Origin: Puniceicoccaceae bacterium
GTDB lineage: Bacteria > Verrucomicrobiota > Verrucomicrobiia > Opitutales > Oceanipulchritudinaceae
Assembly: GCA_040830765.1 (NCBI GenBank)
Contig: JBFOMH010000003.1
Location: 64,001-128,000, forward strand
Direction: 5' to 3'
DNA: 64,000 nt
This document shows, one piece after another, positions 1-11,707 of this stretch. Under the pieces are notes generated by a model. It was not told the DNA's origin and did no database searches. It saw only the letters and a list, made by a program, of their open reading frames with translations. Position 1 is the stretch's first letter; each line of letters starts with the position of its first letter. The position numbers and the translations under genes were made by a program.

Positions 1-1878
1 GAGGCCTGGGAAAAGGACGACGCCCTATTCTTTGAAGCCGGCACCGGAGTGGGCAAAAGCCTGGCTTACCTGGTTCCAGGGATCCTGCACGCCATGACCA
101 GTGCCCGGCCACTGGTTGTTTCCACCCACACCATTGCCCTCCAGGAGCAGATTGAAAAGAAAGACCTTCCGCTCTGCCGCAAGCTCTTTACTACCGATTC
201 CTCCCTGCAGCCCTTCTCCGCATTTCGTGAAGCTGTCCTCCTCGGCCGGGCCAATTACCTCTGCGGGGCACGCCTGGCCCAGGCCCAGAAAGCAAAGACC
301 GAACTTTTCCCCAGCGCTGAACAAGAGGAACTGTCCCGTATTGCGGATTGGGCCAAAACCTCGGAAAGCGGCCTCCTGCAGGAACTGGACCCGCAACCGT
401 TGCCGGAAGTCTGGGACTGGGTCCAGGCCGATGGTCATGCCTGCAATCCCCGGAATTGTTCGCCGAAGACCTGCTTTTTCAGGAAGGCCCGCGAAGCCGT
501 GCGGCAGGCCAATGTGATCATTGTCAATCACAGCCTCCTTTTCTCCCTACTGGCCGCTGGCCACTTTCCGGGAAGGAACGTGCCGGGCATTCTTTTCCCG
601 GAAGACTTCATGGTCATCGACGAGGCTCACACCCTTCCAGCGGTGGCAACGGAGTACTTCGGGCTCAAGCTGAGTGCAGTTGGCCTCCGGCGCCAGCTCC
701 TCAAGCTCTATCAGCCCCAGAAGAAAAAAGCCCGCGGGCTTCTGGCCCGGCATGGCAATCCCGGACTGCGCAGCCAGGTCATGGAATTGACCAGCGGGGC
801 GGAGAACTTCTTCAAGGCCATCCACGAGGAATTCCTGACCAAGGGTAGCCAGATGCGCCTGCAACAACCGGGCTGGTTTGACAATGCCCTCGACATGCCG
901 CTGCGGGACCTCATCCACGGCCTTCACAAGTTGGAGAATCGCCTTGAGGAAGGTCCGGGCAGGGATGAACTGGAGGGCGTCCGCCGATCCCTGCAAGGTT
1001 ATCGGGAAGGTATTAATGAGACCATCCAGCTTAGCGATCCGGAGTCTGTCTACTGGCTCGAGGCTGGTGGCCGCGGGGGAGACCGTGTCCATCTGCGCTC
1101 AGCCCCCCTGGAAGTATCCGGTCCCCTGCGGGAACGCCTCTTCAACAGGAACACCGGCCTGCTCCTGACCAGTGCCACGCTGGCCGAGGGCGTGTCCATG
1201 GATTCCTTCAAGGCCAAGGTCGGTGGAGTGGATGCCGCCTCGCACCAGGAGGCCTCCCCATTCGATTATTCGATCCAAATGGAGATTTGCATTCATCAGG
1301 GAGCCCCCACGCCCTCTGCAGAAGATGGAAGTCTCGATGTCAACTTTCTCGCCGACCAGATCAGACAGCATAGCCTTGAACTGGAGGGCGGGACGCTGGC
1401 CCTCTTTACCAGCTACCGCGACCTCAATGCGGTTCGCCAAAGACTGGAACCGGCCTGCCGGAAAGCCGGGAGGCCACTCCTGTGCCAGGGTGCCGGCATG
1501 GGCCGTTCCCGACTCCTCAAGGAAATGAAGGAGACCGGTAATGCCATCCTGCTTGGAACAGACTCCTTCTGGACCGGAGTGGATGTTCCGGGGAGCGCCC
1601 TCTCGCAGGTCATTATCACCCGCTTGCCATTCGAAAATCCAACCCACCCCGTCGCGGAGGCCCGCGCAGAGCGCTGCCGCCAGAATGGACAAAGCCCATT
1701 TGCCGAATTGACGCTCCCCGCTGCCCTGATCAAGTTCCGCCAAGGCATTGGCCGGCTCATCCGCAGCCACTTCGATGAGGGACGCTTGCTGATTCTCGAT
1801 TCCCGCATTCTCAGCAAGCAATATGGCCGTCTCTTCCTGGAAGTCCTGCCACACGACCAATTCAGGAAAATATCCTGA
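1..1878 (+). CDS. DinG/YoaA-family ATP-dependent DNA helicase (5' end outside window)
   Basis: Frame open from base 1 (EAGTGVGKS Walker A); DEAH box; Fe-S cysteines (NYLC, C-x4-C-x4-C); TSATL, LFTSY, GTDSFWTGVD and QGIGRLIR motifs. Confidence 0.92.
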   Translation, partial: EAWEKDDALFFEAGTGVGKSLAYLVPGILHAMTSARPLVVSTHTIALQEQIEKKDLPLCRKLFTTDSSLQPFSAFREAVLLGRANYLCGARLAQAQKAKTELFPSAEQEELSRIADWAKTSESGLLQELDPQPLPEVWDWVQADGHACNPRNCSPKTCFFRKAREAVRQANVIIVNHSLLFSLLAAGHFPGRNVPGILFPEDFMVIDEAHTLPAVATEYFGLKLSAVGLRRQLLKLYQPQKKKARGLLARHGNPGLRSQVMELTSGAENFFKAIHEEFLTKGSQMRLQQPGWFDNALDMPLRDLIHGLHKLENRLEEGPGRDELEGVRRSLQGYREGINETIQLSDPESVYWLEAGGRGGDRVHLRSAPLEVSGPLRERLFNRNTGLLLTSATLAEGVSMDSFKAKVGGVDAASHQEASPFDYSIQMEICIHQGAPTPSAEDGSLDVNFLADQIRQHSLELEGGTLALFTSYRDLNAVRQRLEPACRKAGRPLLCQGAGMGRSRLLKEMKETGNAILLGTDSFWTGVDVPGSALSQVIITRLPFENPTHPVAEARAERCRQNGQSPFAELTLPAALIKFRQGIGRLIRSHFDEGRLLILDSRILSKQYGRLFLEVLPHDQFRKIS

Positions 1879-1940
1879 TATTGACCTCCCCATCGTCCTT
1901 TACGGGTTGCAACCAACGATTGTCAGGATAGGATGGAGTC

Positions 1941-2645
1941 ATGATTAAGGCCTCATTCGGCTTATCGGAAACCGGGTCCGTCCGGAACGAAAACCAGGAT
2001 AGTTTTCTGCTCGATGTGGAGAATGGCATTGTCGCCGTGGCCGATGGACTGGGCGGATTGCCTAACGGGGAACGGGCCAGCAGCCTGACCCTGGAGATTC
2101 TCCGGCGCAAAATCCTCGAAAGCCCCAACCATCCTCTTGGGGAATTGATAACCGAAGTGAACCAGGAAGTCCGCAAAATCGGGTATGATCTCGATGCTTC
2201 GGGCTTTGGCACCACCTTGACCATGGCCCGCTTCCGACCGGACCGCAACATGCTCCAAATTGCCCACGTTGGTGACTCGGCAGCCCTTGTCGTCAGCGGG
2301 GGCAAGGTGAACATGCTGACGATGGAGCACACGGTCGCTGCGCGCATGGTGGCTGAACAGTGGCAGGACGCCTCCGAGGCCATTCCCCTGACGGCACACC
2401 ACACCCTGACCCAGTGCATTGGACAGGACCTGTACATTGATCCACAAGTCCTCGAGGTGGATGTCCATCCAAGGGACCGGTTCTTCCTGGTCACCGACGG
2501 GGTAACCAAGGCCATTGCCGGAGGAACCCTCAACCAGAGCCTGATGGCGAAAACTTCCATCGGCCAGCTCTGCCAAGGCCTGACTTTCCAGATCGAAGCT
2601 GCTGGCTCGCCCGACAACTACACAATTGTCGGGATCGAATTCTGA
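1941..2645 (+). CDS. PP2C-family Ser/Thr protein phosphatase
   Basis: RxxNQD, VADGLGG, GTT, HVGDS, TDG and terminal DN motifs; GGAG RBS upstream. Confidence 0.9.
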   Translation: MIKASFGLSETGSVRNENQDSFLLDVENGIVAVADGLGGLPNGERASSLTLEILRRKILESPNHPLGELITEVNQEVRKIGYDLDASGFGTTLTMARFRPDRNMLQIAHVGDSAALVVSGGKVNMLTMEHTVAARMVAEQWQDASEAIPLTAHHTLTQCIGQDLYIDPQVLEVDVHPRDRFFLVTDGVTKAIAGGTLNQSLMAKTSIGQLCQGLTFQIEAAGSPDNYTIVGIEF

Positions 2646-2649
2646 GGGC

Positions 2650-5130
2650 TCAGAAAGAGTCGTTACCGTCTTCCAAGGCAATCAACTCCTCGAGGCTATC
2701 GAACTGCTTGAAGATATCTGTCGGCGCATCAAGGTCGCTGAGTAGGTCCTCAAACAGCCGTCCCTTGTCCTTTTTCAAGCGCTCAATACGTTCCTCAATA
2801 GTTCCCTTGGTAACCATCCGGTAGACAATCACCCTCTGGCGTTGCCCGATGCGGTGAACGCGATCAATGGCCTGGGCTTCAACCGCCGGATTCCACCATG
2901 GGTCCAGCAGGAAAACATAATCCGCCATCTGCAGGTTCAATCCGGTACCGCCGGCCCGCAGGCTGATGAAGAAAACGGCAGGTCCCTTCGTTTCCTTGAA
3001 TCGCTGCACAGGACGGTCCCGATCGAGGGTCGAACCCGTCAACTCCATCTGGGGGATTCCTGGATATTCATTTCGGACAACGGTCCGGGCCCGCCGCAGC
3101 AACTGGACAAACTGACTGAAGACAACCACCTTGGAACCGCCATCGAAGGCTTCACCCAGACGCTTGACCAGGCTGAGCAGCTTTCCGCTGTGCTCCGGTG
3201 CATAATCCTGATCCGGCAATAGGCCCGGATCACAGCAGGCCTGGCGGAGACGGGTCAACAAGCTGAAGAGGTGAATCCGTTTTTCCCGCAGCATTTCGGC
3301 AAAAGCGCCCTTGAATTCGCTGGAAGCCCCTCTGGTCAGCTCCTCGTAGCTTCGGCGCTGGACAGGTGACAGAGGACAAATCCAGTCGATTTCGACTTTC
3401 TCTGGAAGGTCGCTGGCCACCGCATTCTTGGTCCGCCTTAAAATAAAGGGAGCGATCTGTCCGCGCAATTGCTCGATGAATCCACCATTCTCCTTGACCT
3501 GATCCTCAAAGTGCCGGCGCGTTCCCAAGAAACCGGGCATGAGGAAGCGGAACAAGGTCCACAGGTCGAGGGGCCGGTTTTCCAAGGGCGTCCCGGTCAG
3601 GGCAATCCGGTGCCGGGCCTGGATGGCGAAGCAGGCATGCGTTACCTTGGCGTCCGGATTCTTGATACTTTGGGCCTCATCGAGGATGGTGTATTCAAAG
3701 TGGACGGAATCGAGCAGGTGCTTATGCCGGCGCAGCTGGGTGTAGCTGCTCAGCCAGAGGGATGTATCCCCTTCGACAAAAGGTTGGTTCCGGGACAGGA
3801 CCTTGACCGGCGTACCCGGGAAAAAACGGTCCAGTTCAGCCTGCCAGACCGGGACCACACTGGCTGGACAAACAACCAGGACAGGAGCTTTCCCGAGGGC
3901 TTCCCGGACGGAGAGGAAGTTGAGGACCTGGAGGGTCTTGCCCAATCCCATTTCATCCGCCAGCAGGCCCGGACAACCGGATAATTCCAATTTGCTCAGC
4001 CAGGCAATGCCATCGCGCTGGTACCCCCTGAGGTAATCGGGCAGTTGCAAATCTGCGGTGGCTTCGGCCGCGGCCTCCAGTTGCTGCTGCCAGTCTTGCA
4101 GTTCAGTAGAGACCTTGAGCTGCACATTGGGATCGCGGGCAAAGGTGAAAAGGAGATAGCGGGGTAATACCCCTTCACCGACCGAAGGCAGAAGCGATTT
4201 CCACTCATGGACACTCCCCATGGCCTTTTCATCGACCCGGAAAATGCCCTTACCGGGGACAAAGTGGGTATGTCCGGGCATCCGGAAGAGGCGCTCCCGG
4301 AGTTCGTCCGGCACGATCGATCCCCGGTTTGTGAAGTCAAAGCGGAAGCGGCCCTGGGCTCCGTCAGCCTCGACCTCAATCAACGGCCGCACTTCCTGCA
4401 CCCCGCGACGCCAGAATTTCACGCCCGCGTCCTCCTGGATTGAATAATGCTGCCTCCAGACCTTCAGCTCATCCTTGAAAAAGCGGCCGATAACCGACTC
4501 ATCCTGAAGCCGGTAGGTCCCTTCCCGATTCCCCGGGCGGAATCCCGACCGGTGGGCCCGGGCAGTGTAGCCGATCAGCTGCTCCCGTTCCCAGAGAGTC
4601 AATTCACGCAGGGAAAAGTGAGACCAGTCCGTTTTGCCCCCGCTCTTCCATCCGGCTTCCAGCCACAGTCCGTCCGCCTTGGCCACCAAGCGGACCCTCA
4701 AGGGCCGGCCGGTCCGATCCATCCCCTGGTGGACAGGGACTTCCGGCACCTCTTCCAGCAGTTCCGGCTTGGTGCCGTTGCTTTCTTCAATGACCGGTGG
4801 AAGCTCGTCGGCGATGAACTCTTCCAACTCATACATGCCGGCCACCGCCAGGGCATGCCCGGGAGCCACCTCCGGGTGGGATTCCCGGAAACTGGGCTGG
4901 TCCTTTTCCCAGTCCACGATAACATAGAGCGGTTCCTTGCCGCGCTTGAAATGGACAATGGCACTGCCCTCCAGCAGTTCGGTGGAGCGCACTTCCCCGG
5001 TTCGATAATACTCCCGGCCCCAGCTGAGTTCCTCATGGGAAAAGTACTGTTCCCAGTCCCTCGTCAGGCGATCAAACCACAACTCAATGGTGCGCGAGGT
5101 ATAGGAACGTTGGGGACTGCGGTGCATCAT
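2650..5130 (-). CDS. SNF2/SWI2-family helicase
   Basis: LRGYQ, LADEMGLGKT, DEAQ, LTGTPLEN, GGTGLNL, DPWWNP and QAIDRVHRIGQ motifs. Confidence 0.93.
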   Translation of the reverse strand: MMHRSPQRSYTSRTIELWFDRLTRDWEQYFSHEELSWGREYYRTGEVRSTELLEGSAIVHFKRGKEPLYVIVDWEKDQPSFRESHPEVAPGHALAVAGMYELEEFIADELPPVIEESNGTKPELLEEVPEVPVHQGMDRTGRPLRVRLVAKADGLWLEAGWKSGGKTDWSHFSLRELTLWEREQLIGYTARAHRSGFRPGNREGTYRLQDESVIGRFFKDELKVWRQHYSIQEDAGVKFWRRGVQEVRPLIEVEADGAQGRFRFDFTNRGSIVPDELRERLFRMPGHTHFVPGKGIFRVDEKAMGSVHEWKSLLPSVGEGVLPRYLLFTFARDPNVQLKVSTELQDWQQQLEAAAEATADLQLPDYLRGYQRDGIAWLSKLELSGCPGLLADEMGLGKTLQVLNFLSVREALGKAPVLVVCPASVVPVWQAELDRFFPGTPVKVLSRNQPFVEGDTSLWLSSYTQLRRHKHLLDSVHFEYTILDEAQSIKNPDAKVTHACFAIQARHRIALTGTPLENRPLDLWTLFRFLMPGFLGTRRHFEDQVKENGGFIEQLRGQIAPFILRRTKNAVASDLPEKVEIDWICPLSPVQRRSYEELTRGASSEFKGAFAEMLREKRIHLFSLLTRLRQACCDPGLLPDQDYAPEHSGKLLSLVKRLGEAFDGGSKVVVFSQFVQLLRRARTVVRNEYPGIPQMELTGSTLDRDRPVQRFKETKGPAVFFISLRAGGTGLNLQMADYVFLLDPWWNPAVEAQAIDRVHRIGQRQRVIVYRMVTKGTIEERIERLKKDKGRLFEDLLSDLDAPTDIFKQFDSLEELIALEDGNDSF

Positions 5131-5276
5131 TCGAATATAGACAAACCTCCATTTACTAAGGTCCTACCAGCCGGTTCAAGCCAGATCGCCCAAAAAATCC
5201 ACTCAATGCCTGAAAAGCCCCAATTTAGCCGCCTCCACCCTTGCTCTCACTAATTCCTTGGGCAAAATCATCGATC

Positions 5277-5717
5277 ATGGATCTTCCCGCCCCGCCACTG
5301 GTCATTGAGCGTCGAGTGCCTTTTTCACAGACGGATGCCTCCGGGCTCATTCATTTCACCACCTATTTCACCTTCATGGAGGCCGCCGAGGCCGAATTGT
5401 TCCGCCTTCTGGGGATCCCCTTGCTTCAGGAAACCGACGACTGCACGCGCGGATTTCCGCGTGTGGATTGCCAATGCCAATTCAAGCGACCGGTCGGTTT
5501 TGATGATCTCATCCACATCAAGCTTTACCTCGATGAGGTGCGGGAGAACCGGATTCATTACCGCTTTGTATTCACCGGTCCGAATGGCAGAACCTGTGCC
5601 GAAGGCAGCATGGTAACGGCCTATGCCATGCGGGATGCTTCCGGACGCCTGCAGTCGGCCAATATGCCCGAAGAAACCCTGTCCCTGTTAAAGACTTGGA
5701 AAAACAGGACTTCCTGA
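5277..5717 (+). CDS. Acyl-CoA thioesterase (4HBT/YbgC hotdog family)
   Basis: RVxFxxTDxxGxIHFxxYFxFMExAE signature; ATG at 5277 preferred over the upstream TTG. Confidence 0.85.
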   Translation: MDLPAPPLVIERRVPFSQTDASGLIHFTTYFTFMEAAEAELFRLLGIPLLQETDDCTRGFPRVDCQCQFKRPVGFDDLIHIKLYLDEVRENRIHYRFVFTGPNGRTCAEGSMVTAYAMRDASGRLQSANMPEETLSLLKTWKNRTS

Positions 5718-5795
5718 AGCACGGACCTTGCAATTTCAGGTCACCTCCCCTAGCAAATCCCCAGTGGCGAATTAGTCCCCCTCGACTGAAAACAT

Positions 5796-6410
5796 ATGTC
5801 CCCGTCTATCAAGATCACCAAGGATGAAATAAACGCGCTTCCCCTCAGGTCCTACGAGGGCCCGGTGACTATCGTCGACAGTGATCAGAAGTTGAAGGAG
5901 GCGCTCAAGGCCATCCGCAGGGAGAAGGTCCTCGGCTTTGACACGGAATCCCGACCTTCCTTCAAGAAGGGACAAAACTTTCCCGCTTCCCTCATTCAAC
6001 TCGGTGGCGCAAAGCAAGTCTGGCTATTCCAGATCCAGAAGTTCGAGAACATGGAAAGCCTATGGAAAATCCTCGCCAACCGGGACATCATCAAGGCAGG
6101 GGTCGCTATCGCCGATGACATCAAGAAATTGCAGGAGTTGATCGACTTCAAACCGGCTGGATTTGTTGAAATTGCGGACCTGACCCAGAAAGCCGGCATC
6201 CTCAACACAGGATTGCGCAGCCTCGCCGGGCTGCTCTTGAATTTTCGCATTTCCAAGCGGGCACAGGTCTCGAACTGGGCCCGCAGCCAGTTGACCGAAG
6301 CCCAGGTGCAGTACGCCGCTACCGATGCCTGGGTAAGCCGTGAACTGTATTGCCACATGCAAAAAATGAAGAAACGGGCCCGTAAACCAGCGGCGCAAGC
6401 CAGGAAATAA
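5796..6410 (+). CDS. 3'-5' exonuclease (DEDDy, WRN/RNase D-like)
   Basis: GFDTE (ExoI), SNW and YAATDA (ExoIII) motifs. Confidence 0.9.
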   Translation: MSPSIKITKDEINALPLRSYEGPVTIVDSDQKLKEALKAIRREKVLGFDTESRPSFKKGQNFPASLIQLGGAKQVWLFQIQKFENMESLWKILANRDIIKAGVAIADDIKKLQELIDFKPAGFVEIADLTQKAGILNTGLRSLAGLLLNFRISKRAQVSNWARSQLTEAQVQYAATDAWVSRELYCHMQKMKKRARKPAAQARK

Positions 6411-6421
6411 TCCCGGATGTC

Positions 6422-7277
<856 letters not shown>

Positions 7278-7300
<23 letters not shown>

Positions 7301-9119
7301 CGTAAATTTCGCGGCCCGGTCCCGGTGTCCCCGGCAACATCTGGAAGTCCTCCTCCGTCAGGTTGTTGCCCCGCAGGACAAGGTCCCAGCCTTCGGCGAC
7401 GGCATTCTCCCAGGCCGCTTCCACATGCAGCAAAAAGGCGGTGTCGTCGCTGGTCCGCAGCGTATTGCCTGGATGGTCACGATACTCGCCTTCCAGACGC
7501 AGAATGATGGCATCCCCGACCTGTTGTTCCACGGAGACCAGCAAGCGGTGGCGGGCGTAGTTCAAGGCGTAGAAGCTGGCATCTACCTCACTGTCACCGT
7601 AGTCCTCATCCTTGTCCAACCACGCATATCCAAATTCCAGTGCTGTTGCTCCAGCCTCCCAGCGAAGCCAGCCCTCGAGGCCAGTCACTTCGATATCGAC
7701 CGCAGCCGCCTGCCGGGCACTGGAGGATTCCTCCGCATAGACCCAGTCAACAAGGTTGCTGTCGTCACGATGGAAAAGAACCAGCTTGCCGCTAATGGCG
7801 TCCTTCTGGAAGGAAAGGCCGGCTTCCATTGTATCGGCAAATTCACGACCGAGTGTCGGGTCTCCCCGGAAAAGGCCCCCGCTGCTGCGGGAGTTGAGGA
7901 CCGTGTAACCCGGTACCTGGCTTGTTTCCGAATACTCCAGGTAAGCCTTCCAGCTTGTCCGGTCAGCAATGCCACTGGCGCTGATTCCCAGCTGCGGCAA
8001 CCCGACAGTCGAATCCTCACTGCTGGAATCCATGGCCATGCCACCATGAACCGACCAGTCGACCGCACCGGACTCCCAGGTCCGCCGGGCAAGAACCGCC
8101 GCCTTGCCGTAGTTGCGCTTGGAAAAGTCCCCATGGACAAGGCTGGTACTGCGAATGATCCTGTCCTCCATGACAACCCACCGGTAAAGGAGGTCCAGTT
8201 GCTCGAAGGCGATGGTCCCGTCACCCTGGAGGCTGTAGACTTCGGTCTTGTGTTCAAAAAACGCATTGGGCGAGGAGCGGCTGAACTCGTAATCATCATC
8301 CACTTCGCGCCAGTAACCGCCGATGCGATGGCGCGAGCCCTGTTCGGAAGCTGTACTTTCCCACTGCCAGCCCAGCAGATAGACTGAATAATCATCCGTC
8401 TCATTAAAGCTCGCCGGCGCAAAGGCGCCTCCGATGTACATTTCCGGCCAGCCATAGAACTTGTCCAGGTAGCCACCAAAGAGCCGCAGGGTTCCGCCCC
8501 CGAGGCCGAATTCCAGTCGCCCGCTGATGCGGGTCAGGTCAAAGTCCCCGAAGGGAATACTGCCATCCCCGGTCTCGCGGGTCACTGCCACTTCATAAAG
8601 GGCACTCCCAACGGTCCCGCCCTGACGCAGACCACCGCCGAAGTAACTGTCCGTTCCGATGCGCCCGTAGGCGCTTCCCGATTCCTCGATGGCCGCCCAT
8701 TGCCAGTCGATGCTGCCAGCTGTTGAATTGAATCCCTGAAGGCCGTTGCGCGTCCCTGTCAGCAGGTAAGCCCCGCCAAAGAAGGCCGGATCGAGTGGAA
8801 TCTCCGAGAAATAATGTCCGGTCTGGGGATCAAACAAGGCCAGTCCGCCCACCATCAGACCGGTTCCCTCGAATATCCCTCCGCGGATGGAAATGTCCGT
8901 CTGGTATCGATTCCCGCCCCGGGTCTGCAGATCCACCCGGACCTCCCGTGCCATGCGGTCGCTCAGCTGCACAGCCGGATCCCGCTGCTCCGCAAAGGAA
9001 CCAGCGAACACCGGGAAGGCCGACATCTCAATGACACTTGAAGACTCGTCCTGTCCCATCAAACAGCTGGCTCCAGCCACCAGAAACAGTCCTGCCCATC
9101 CGAATTTGATTTTGCACAT
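7278..9119 (-). CDS. TonB-dependent outer-membrane receptor
   Basis: Signal peptide; plug motif QTDISIRGG...DPQTGH; alternating beta-strands; GNNL...PGR...W C-terminus; GGAGAG RBS before ATG 9119. Confidence 0.85.
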
Positions 9120-9152
9120 GCCTTCTCTCCTGCGGAGTTCCGGCAAAAAATC

Positions 9153-9188
9153 AATTGTTAATTTAAGGAATTTTAGTACTTAACAATT
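9153..9188. promoter_or_regulatory. AT-rich inverted repeat AATTGTTAA-N18-TTAACAATT (candidate operator or terminator)
   Basis: Perfect 9-bp arms filling the short ftsZ-TBDR intergenic gap. Confidence 0.45.
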
Positions 9189-10446
9189 AATTGCGGGGGA
9201 TTTTGATCCCGCGCCGCAAATAGGTGGGAATATCAAGGTCTTCCCCCTCATAGATATTGCGCTGGGTTTTCTCAAAGAGGCCACGGTTGTCCTCCGGGGA
9301 CGGAAAGGCGAATTCCTCCTGTTGACGCTTGGCGGCCATGACCGGGGCCGACATGGCGAAGGATTCTGCCGGCTTGAGGGGTTTCGCAAGGGGCTCATTG
9401 TCCGGGATGCTGGCCGCTGAGACAGGAGCATAACCCTTCGCGGCCGAGGCGCTGCAGACGGTTCCCATGACAGTAATGCGCAACTGGTTGTAGAAGCTGC
9501 CGTCAATGGAGGCTCCCATGATGATGGAATTTCGGCACCCGAAAATTTCCCCGACCACATCCATTGCCTTGTTCACGGTGGCCATGGTCATGTCCGGTCC
9601 ACCGGTCAGGTTGATAATGAGCTGGTCCGTATCCTTGATAAACCCGCTGTCCGGCAGATGGAGGAGAGGACAGCCTTTCAAATCCTGCAGGGCCTGATCA
9701 ACCAGGTTGTCCCCCTTGCCATAACCAGTGCCGAAAATGGTCTTTCCCCCGGGTTCCGCAAGGGCGCTTTGCAAGGTCGAGAAATCGACATTGATGAGCC
9801 CGGTATTGAAAAGCATGGACCAGATTGAATGCACACCCAGCTTGATCCACTTGTCGGCCAGGGCAAACGCCTCCATCAGGGTGGCATCCTCCTCGATCTG
9901 CTCGAAAATCAAGTCATTGGGCAGCGTGATGACGGCGTGACAATGCTTCCGCATGTCAGCGAGTGCTTTTTCCGCACGTTCGGACCGGGCCGCGCCTTCC
10001 CGCTTGAAGGGAATGGGCGTAAAGGCAATCACCAGTGCTCCCTGGGAAGCCGCCTGTTCGGCAATGAATGGAGCCGCCCCACTCCCGGTACCACCACCAA
10101 GGCCGGCCAGAAGGAAGATAAGGTCCACCCCCCTGACGATTTCGCCAAGGGCGTCCACGTCGGACTCCGCCGCCATCCGACCCTTGTTTACTGAGCCCCC
10201 GGCGCTCTTGCCATTGGTAACGGTTCGACCAAGAAGGAAGGTCTCCTCAACCGGTGATGCCGAAAGGACCTGGCTGTCGGTATCGATGGCGGTCAGGTGG
10301 ACTTGCTCCAGATCCTCCAGCTTGATGCGGTCAACCGCATTGGTACCGGCTCCACCAACGCCGATAATCTTGATGCGCAATCCACCGTCGGGCAGCTGGT
10401 CACTGACAAGGGGGTCCTCTTCCGGGAAAAAGCCTGGCTGTTCCAT
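9187..10446 (-). CDS. ftsZ: Cell division protein FtsZ (divergent T7 loop)
   Basis: GVGGAGTNAV, GLGGGTGSG tubulin signature, INVDF and C-terminal DLDIPTYLRR; follows ftsA. Confidence 0.95.
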   Translation of the reverse strand: MEQPGFFPEEDPLVSDQLPDGGLRIKIIGVGGAGTNAVDRIKLEDLEQVHLTAIDTDSQVLSASPVEETFLLGRTVTNGKSAGGSVNKGRMAAESDVDALGEIVRGVDLIFLLAGLGGGTGSGAAPFIAEQAASQGALVIAFTPIPFKREGAARSERAEKALADMRKHCHAVITLPNDLIFEQIEEDATLMEAFALADKWIKLGVHSIWSMLFNTGLINVDFSTLQSALAEPGGKTIFGTGYGKGDNLVDQALQDLKGCPLLHLPDSGFIKDTDQLIINLTGGPDMTMATVNKAMDVVGEIFGCRNSIIMGASIDGSFYNQLRITVMGTVCSASAAKGYAPVSAASIPDNEPLAKPLKPAESFAMSAPVMAAKRQQEEFAFPSPEDNRGLFEKTQRNIYEGEDLDIPTYLRRGIKIPRN

Positions 10447-10464
10447 ATGTCGTCTCGTTTGTGG

Positions 10465-11676
10465 TTAACTGAACAGGCCGGTAACCTTCTTGAGCCACTT
10501 CTTCTGGCCACCGGGTTGGTTCTGTTCCTCTTCCTTTTGATCGTGAAGGGCGTTGTAGAGAAGGCCGAGTACCGTTGCATACTCCGGTTCACGCAGCTCC
10601 TCATGCCGGACCCAGTCGGGGCTTTGGCCCAGTGCGACCGGGACGTCGAGTGTCACTTCGGCAAGATCGGCAATTAGCGGTGTTTTCGATACGGCCCCGG
10701 TAAGGATGATGCCGCCGGGAAGATTCTGCCGGGTAAGGGCACTGCCAAGCCGGTTCTTGAGGATAATGAAAAGCTCCTCCAACCGTGCATGTGTGATCTT
10801 GTTGATCGTCAGTTGCGAATGGAAACTGTCCCCGATATTGAGGTCGCCGACAAGGGGCACCTTCTGGGTGCGGTCTTCCTTCTGCACCATGGCCCGGGCA
10901 CACCGGACCTTGAGGTTTTCCGCCAGCTTGCTCTTGACCCGAAGTCCGAGCCCAAGATCGTTTGTCACGTGGTCCCCACCGACAGGGATGACGCCAGTCT
11001 GGGCAATGCGACGCCCCTTGTAGAGCGCAAAGTCGGTCACGCCCTTGCCGATATCAACCACCAGTACGCCCTGGCGCTTTTCCTCCTCGGTCGCCAGCAA
11101 ACTCCCCGATGCCAGTGAAGAAATGACGATGTCATTCACATCGAGGCCGAATCCATTGACCACCATAATGTGGTCCTTGACCTTCTGTTCGTCCGCCACC
11201 ACGTGCCAGTACTGCACTTCAAGATGGGAGCCCTCACGGGAAATCGGGTTGAGCACCGGCTGACCGTCGAGGATAAAGCCACTCCGGATATGGTGGATAT
11301 AGACTTCGCCCGGCTCCAAGACCTTGCTCTTGGCATTGTCCACGGCACGCTTGATGTCGGATTGGGTAACGATATTCTCACTACCGCTGATGGCGGTCGC
11401 GCCGGCATGACGGAATCCCCAGAGGTGTGTGCCGGAGAGGGAAAGGTAGACATGCTCAATCTGGGCCCCAGCTGTCCGTTCCGCTGACATGATAGCGGCA
11501 TGGGTGCAGTCACTGACGCTGCGGAGGTCAACGATCTCCCCCTTCTTCATACCGGAGTTGGTCGACTGCCCGCGCCCGATGATGTTCATCGAACGTCCGT
11601 CGGTCATCTCCGCCACAAGGACGACAACTTTGGATGTTCCTATCTCGATTGCCCCGACAATTTTTGACCGACTCAT
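10465..11676 (-). CDS. ftsA: Cell division protein FtsA
   Basis: EIGTSKV, VDIG, GGDHVTNDL and ARLEELF motifs; C-terminal amphipathic helix KKWLKKVTGLFS. Confidence 0.95.
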   Translation of the reverse strand: MSRSKIVGAIEIGTSKVVVLVAEMTDGRSMNIIGRGQSTNSGMKKGEIVDLRSVSDCTHAAIMSAERTAGAQIEHVYLSLSGTHLWGFRHAGATAISGSENIVTQSDIKRAVDNAKSKVLEPGEVYIHHIRSGFILDGQPVLNPISREGSHLEVQYWHVVADEQKVKDHIMVVNGFGLDVNDIVISSLASGSLLATEEEKRQGVLVVDIGKGVTDFALYKGRRIAQTGVIPVGGDHVTNDLGLGLRVKSKLAENLKVRCARAMVQKEDRTQKVPLVGDLNIGDSFHSQLTINKITHARLEELFIILKNRLGSALTRQNLPGGIILTGAVSKTPLIADLAEVTLDVPVALGQSPDWVRHEELREPEYATVLGLLYNALHDQKEEEQNQPGGQKKWLKKVTGLFS

Positions 11677-11707
11677 TGTTGCTATTCTCAGATGGTGAAA
11701 ATCATGG

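Noticed and set aside
1..5130. DinG + PP2C + SNF2 as a defence system
   Set aside because: No kinase, nuclease or cas genes; SNF2 is convergent; composition is core-like.
9120..9186. Cobalamin riboswitch upstream of the TonB receptor
   Set aside because: The gap is under 70 nt, AT-rich, and has no B12 box.
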